From the NCBI GenBank assembly GCA_951406725.2, contig OX597815.1:100068001-100132000 (forward strand): a stretch of DNA of 64,000 nt. Reading direction: 5' to 3'. The notes beneath the pieces are model-generated. The model was not told the origin of the DNA. It worked only from the letters and a program-made list of their open reading frames with translations, and did not search any database. Below are positions 58,808 to 64,000 of the stretch, in pieces. The first letter of the stretch is position 1. The number at the start of each line of letters is the position of its first letter. A program made the translations under genes and the position numbers. The stretch is from Octopus vulgaris (taxonomy: Eukaryota).

Positions 58808-59793
58808 GCATTCGTGGCCTTCTGTCCTCAGTCAAGTACCAGAAGTCACAACCGTTTCGGGCAGTTGCACTTGAGACGGTTCGATCTGGTTCCCCCCAAA
58901 AAGTCTAAGCTAAGAGCATTAGACCCCTTTGTGAGAAAGCTAGCGAATGTGTACGGCAACAAAGACAAAAAACGGAGAACATGGTACACAAAAAGACAAA
59001 AAAACGGAAAACATGGTACACAATTACGAATACAAACAACAAGAAAACAACAGGTGTCTTTCGACTGAGAACGAATCCAATTGAGCTGGCGTGTATGAAG
59101 TGAAAGCCTAATGGCTGAAACATAGGTGATGGACGTAAGAGGTGTTGGCGGTCGCCAGTCAGACCAAGAAAGAAAGATCATGGCTGGCCGGACACCGGTC
59201 ACGTCGAAGAAGGGGAGATGGGTAGGGGGAAGCGGGATTGAAGGATTAGAAAAAAATCAGAGACAAAGAGAAAAGTACAGGGGAGATAAACGAGTGGGAA
59301 ATAGTGGGAGTTAAAGAAAGAGAGGGCCAAGAAATGTGAGAGAGAGGGGGAGTGAGAAAAAGAAAAACAGAAGAAAGTAAGAGGGGAACTAAAAGATAGA
59401 GTAAGAGTCGTACAAAATTTATATACTTACCTACGATAAGGTGGGCACAAGTGTGTATTTATGCCACTATATGTATATATAGATATAAAAACGGAACAAA
59501 AACGCAATAGAGGACAATAAAACATTCGGACAGATAGACGATACAAAGGCGGACAAGTGTAATAACAACTAGAAGGACAGGCAAAAAAAGACAGATCATT
59601 TGTGGCCTTCTTTCTTCAGTCAAGTACCAGAAGTCACGACCGTTTCGGGCAGTTACACTTGAGACGGTTCGATCTGGTTGCCCCTAAAAAAGTCTAAGAG
59701 AATTAGACCCCTTTGCAAGAAAGCTAGCGAATGTGTACGGCAACAAAGACAAAAGACGGATAACATGGTACGCAAAAAGACAAAAGACGGAAA
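58808..59793. repeat. Direct repeat of ~200 bp (~58808-59011 and ~59597-59793), pseudo-LTR-like
   Basis: Two similar copies ~790 bp apart; related truncated sequence at 14550-14676. Confidence 0.88.
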
Positions 59794-60900
59794 TATATTA
59801 TACTATGCAACAACTAAACTTATAAGATCAAAGAAAACCAGCCCTGCTTTCTTTTTCTATTTTCAATAATTATCTTGTATACGGTTCATTTAATACTATA
59901 TTCAGTATAAAATTATAACCACGATATACAGTAAAAATTATGACAGACAAAAGACATTTACATGAATATATATCTTGTTTTGGTCATGATACAACGTATC
60001 GTCTGCGCAGTGAGAGAGAGGGGGAGAGGGATAGATAGAGGGAGAGAGAGGGAAAGAGGGAGACCGAATGAGAAGCGTCCGTAGTTTTCTTTCTCTAGCT
60101 CTCTCTTCTCATTCGGCCTCCTTCTTTCCCTCTCTCTCCCTCTATCTATCCCCCCTCTCACTCTCTCTCTCTCTCTCTCTCTTTCTGTCTTTTTATCCCA
60201 CTTCAGCTACATTTCTCACTCGTTTCAGTTTCTAGTCGCGCTTTGTCATTCTGTTTCCTCTCACTTCTCTCTCTTTCGTTAACACATAACAATTAAAACT
60301 TTGGTGTTCACACAGACAATTGACACGATGTATATAAAGTGTGATTACAAAATTGGCGTTGACACCGACCACACATGACAACCAGAAACGCTACATAATC
60401 TCTCTCCATATATGATAGTATATAAGTGATGATTACAAAGTTGGTGCTCACTCAGAGTTAACTGAAAAAATGCGTAATAGTGTACAGGTTATGATAACAA
60501 ATTTGGCGTCCACGGCTGACTGTTGTCAACCAAATTGGATGCGTAAACAGGTTGTAATAACGAATTTGTTATTGCTTTTCTTTTTTAATTCCTAATTAAG
60601 TCCAGTAGAACACTTTCCAGTAACGGAGAAACCATCTTTATCCTATATCCAGAGGAACGCAGGATATCAGAACTTAACCTGTGTTTTTTTTTCTACGACT
60701 ATACGTTGTGACCTCAAGACGATTCCGTTGAATTTTCTATCGATTTAAATCTAGTCGTTGCCTGCTACTCCCTTTACATTGGCTCTCCCGTTAGTGTTTT
60801 CCTTATCAACGTAGATATGCGCCAAGAAAAGTGAAGGTTACATATATATGTATATATATATATATATATATAGTGAAAATTTACAAAAAAAACAAAAGAC

Positions 60901-60995
60901 GAACCGCTAAGTTACTGGAACGTAAGCACACCAGTATCCGTTGTCAAGCGATGGTGGGGGTACAAACACAGACACAAAACACACACATAAATATA

Positions 60996-61064
<69 letters not shown>

Positions 61065-61223
61065 CGGTTTTCTTTCAGTTTCCGTCTACCAAATCCACTC
61101 ACAAAGCTTTGGTCGGCCCGAGGTTATAGAAGAAAACACTCACCCATGGTGCCACGTAGTGGACTGAACCCAGAGCCATGTGGTTGGGGAGCAAGCTTCT
61201 TCCCACACAGCTATACCTGCGCC
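60901..61223 (-). mobile_element. OK-like SINE, 3'-truncated
   Basis: Homologous to 22061-22470. Confidence 0.82.
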
Positions 61224-62088
61224 TACTATATTTCTCTTCTAACCCTTCACGTATGCTAGTTAATGTATGATCATATCACGCTGGATGCAAATAAAACCAT
61301 CAAAATTAATATCTTAAAATTGAAGTTTTACGTTAAAGAAATGTGTAACAATTAGGCCATATCAGATGGTGTATTTTGGAGGCTTCTGCACTTGGATGTA
61401 CACCAATCAATTACATTGATGCTAGTTGTAGAGACACACCATGAAATTGAGAACCTACGAAATCTAATGGCGGACAGAAATTCCAGGCGCCGTGCTGTGA
61501 AACTCCATTTCGGTTGCAATCGCTTGAAGAAGACAAACAATCAGAACCGGTTATTGTAGCTTCTTGGCTTGTTCCATATTTAAAAAAGCAATAGTAGTTT
61601 GTAGTTAAACAAAATAACAAGTGAATTTAGACTATTTTTCTTAGTTTCTAATAATGAATTGTAATATCGATACAAGAACTGATTTTATATGAGTAGAACT
61701 GAATAAATTGAAATATTTGACTGGTAATTTTACTTATGCGCTAGACGATTTGAGGGGCACAAACTGGACCCTGAATGTAGCTGAATTCAAATTTACAAGA
61801 GCATAAATAAATATTGAATTTTGTCATAGACACAAGGCCACACGTTTTGGGGGAGAATTATATCCCATTCAAACAAACTGAGAGTTTAACTGGTACTTCA
61901 TTGATCTCAAAGAGAGTGAAGTCAGAATAATACCCAACAGTATTTGAATTCCGATTGACAGGAACTTAATAAATTTACTTCCAGCTTCGGCACAATGCCA
62001 CAAATTGTTGAAGGAAATAGTTGATTAAATTGTTCCTCATAGTACTTATAATATTGGTTTCAAATTTTGGCAAGACTGCAGGGCGAGG

Positions 62089-62219
62089 GGTACTTATTTT
62101 ATCGGCCCCGAAAGGATGAAAGACGAAGTCGATTTCGTCGGAATTTGAACACAGAACGTAAAGACACTATATACCGCTAGGCATTTTGTCCAGCGTGCTA
62201 ACGTTTTTCCAGCTCGCTG
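62089..62219 (-). mobile_element. OR-like SINE (further decayed copies at 61830-61990, 62670-62797, 63424-63490)
   Basis: CCCCGAAAGGATGAAAGACGAAGTCG block and head matching 23960-24130. Confidence 0.7.
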
Positions 62220-62800
62220 CTATACTATTACTTATTATATTGGCCCCAAAAAGACCACAGTAGATATTTGACCTCAAAGGTTACACGAGTACGGTTGATC
62301 ATAGAGGCCTAATACTTTACTAGAACATTATTTTATCGACTGTAGAATGGCGAATGGCAGGATTTGGACTCAAAACATACAGAAACGTAACAAAATATTG
62401 ATTAAGAAAGGGTAGGCTCGTTACAAGGCGTCCGAGATTGATGGAAGTGGGGGAGAAAGTACTCCCCCGGCCAGAAACTTAGCCCGAATTCTTGCAACAG
62501 AGTGGATTCCGCTAAAGGCACTTTAGGCAACAAGTGATGGTACTAAACCGAGTGACAGTTTAAGTCTACGACTCGTGCAGGCCATGGCGGCATTTGAACT
62601 CAGAAAACAAAGAGCTGGTATAAATGCCGCACGGTATTTGTAGTGGTTCTTTTGAGTTTTCTGTTATGTACGTTTATATTGACCCCGGAATGATCACAGG
62701 CAAAGTTTACTTCCATGGGGCTTGAACCCAGAGCGCAGAAGTTCGGAACAAATACTGCGACACATTCTGTCCATCGCTCTAATGATTCAGCAAATTCGCA

Positions 62801-62874
<74 letters not shown>

Positions 62875-62916
62875 TGTATGTATGTATATGTATACATATA
62901 TATATATATATATATG

Positions 62917-62972
<56 letters not shown>

Positions 62973-63015
62973 TATGTGCGTGTGTGTGTATATAGAGAGA
63001 GTCAGAGAGAGTGAG

Positions 63016-63046
<31 letters not shown>

Positions 63047-64000
63047 AACAGAGATACGCACGCACAAAATATCGATGAACTTTCGCATAGTTTCTTTCTA
63101 CTAAAATTTAACTCATAAATCTTTGGTTAAGCTGAAGCTATTCCTTTCATAATGAATCCACGAAGTGATTGAGAGGATCGGTAGGATCGTAAAGTGAATC
63201 CTCCTTTCATGGCTCCCATCATCATAGTTGATTCAGAGAGAGAGGGGAGAGAGAGGAGGTAAAATAGAAAATAGAAGAAAGAAAGAACGAAAGAAAGAAA
63301 GAAAGAAAGAAAGAATGAATGAATGAATGAATGAATGAAAGGAAGAAAGAAAGACATTTTCTCAATATGCGATTAGTACTTTATTAACTCATTGACTTTG
63401 AAGAAACGAAGAGCAAAAAAAAGGAATTTGAACTCAGAGCGGCAAGAAGTGAAACAAATACTGCAAGGCATTTTATCCAGTATTTTAACACCTCTTCTAT
63501 TATGAAAGAAGACAATAGTCCAAGATGGCGCGCAGTGAGATCGAACCTGGTTCGACGTGGTTTTCAAGCAAGCAGGTTAACCTATACAGCTTCCCCTGTA
63601 CTGATATCGTCAATGTTTCTACAATTTCTTCATACTCTTACTTAGTTTCAATAAACAAAATATAGAATTGTAATATTTTTTTATCTCAATCGTAAAAGGA
63701 TTGCAGCATAACTTTTTTCTTATTCTTTAGCAATTGAAAAACGCAACAAAATAGTTAATATCTTATAATTGATTTTTTTCTCTTTCTGTATGAAGTTGAA
63801 AATTATAGTTTTTAACTGATTTCACATTGCAACTTAAAGACTGATTCCTATTTGGTTTTTTCATAATGCAAATGAAAAGTTCCTTTCAATTTTAAATATG
63901 AAAATAGTATTGTACAATACATACCTACACACCCATATTTTTTTTTTAAATACAAAACAATCCCCTTTTGTTTATTTTAGTTTTGCAATTGTTTTTGTTG

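Overview
AT-rich eukaryotic DNA (intronic or intergenic), saturated with microsatellites and transposon debris. The SINE families resemble those I recall from octopus, so a cephalopod origin is inferred. I found no convincing host protein-coding exon: nearly all listed ORFs are (TA)n/(CA)n/(GATA)n/trinucleotide artefacts. Supported elements are Penelope-like element (PLE) RT and endonuclease fragments, three 3' copies of an L1/Tx1-type LINE with (TATC)n tails, R4/Dong-type LINE remnants, Tc1, mariner and maT transposon fossils, two Helitron derivatives, a MITE and many tRNA-derived SINEs. The unannotated signal is at the RNA level. About 14 type-I hammerhead ribozyme (HHR) motifs from several families sit in mostly (TA)n-anchored modules, often foldbacks, and include recurrent core variants (CCGANGA twice). 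Three further loci (one truncated) carry hammerhead core elements in a non-circularly permuted order (GUC, then GAAAC, then CUGANGA). All RNA structures were folded by eye and are untested.
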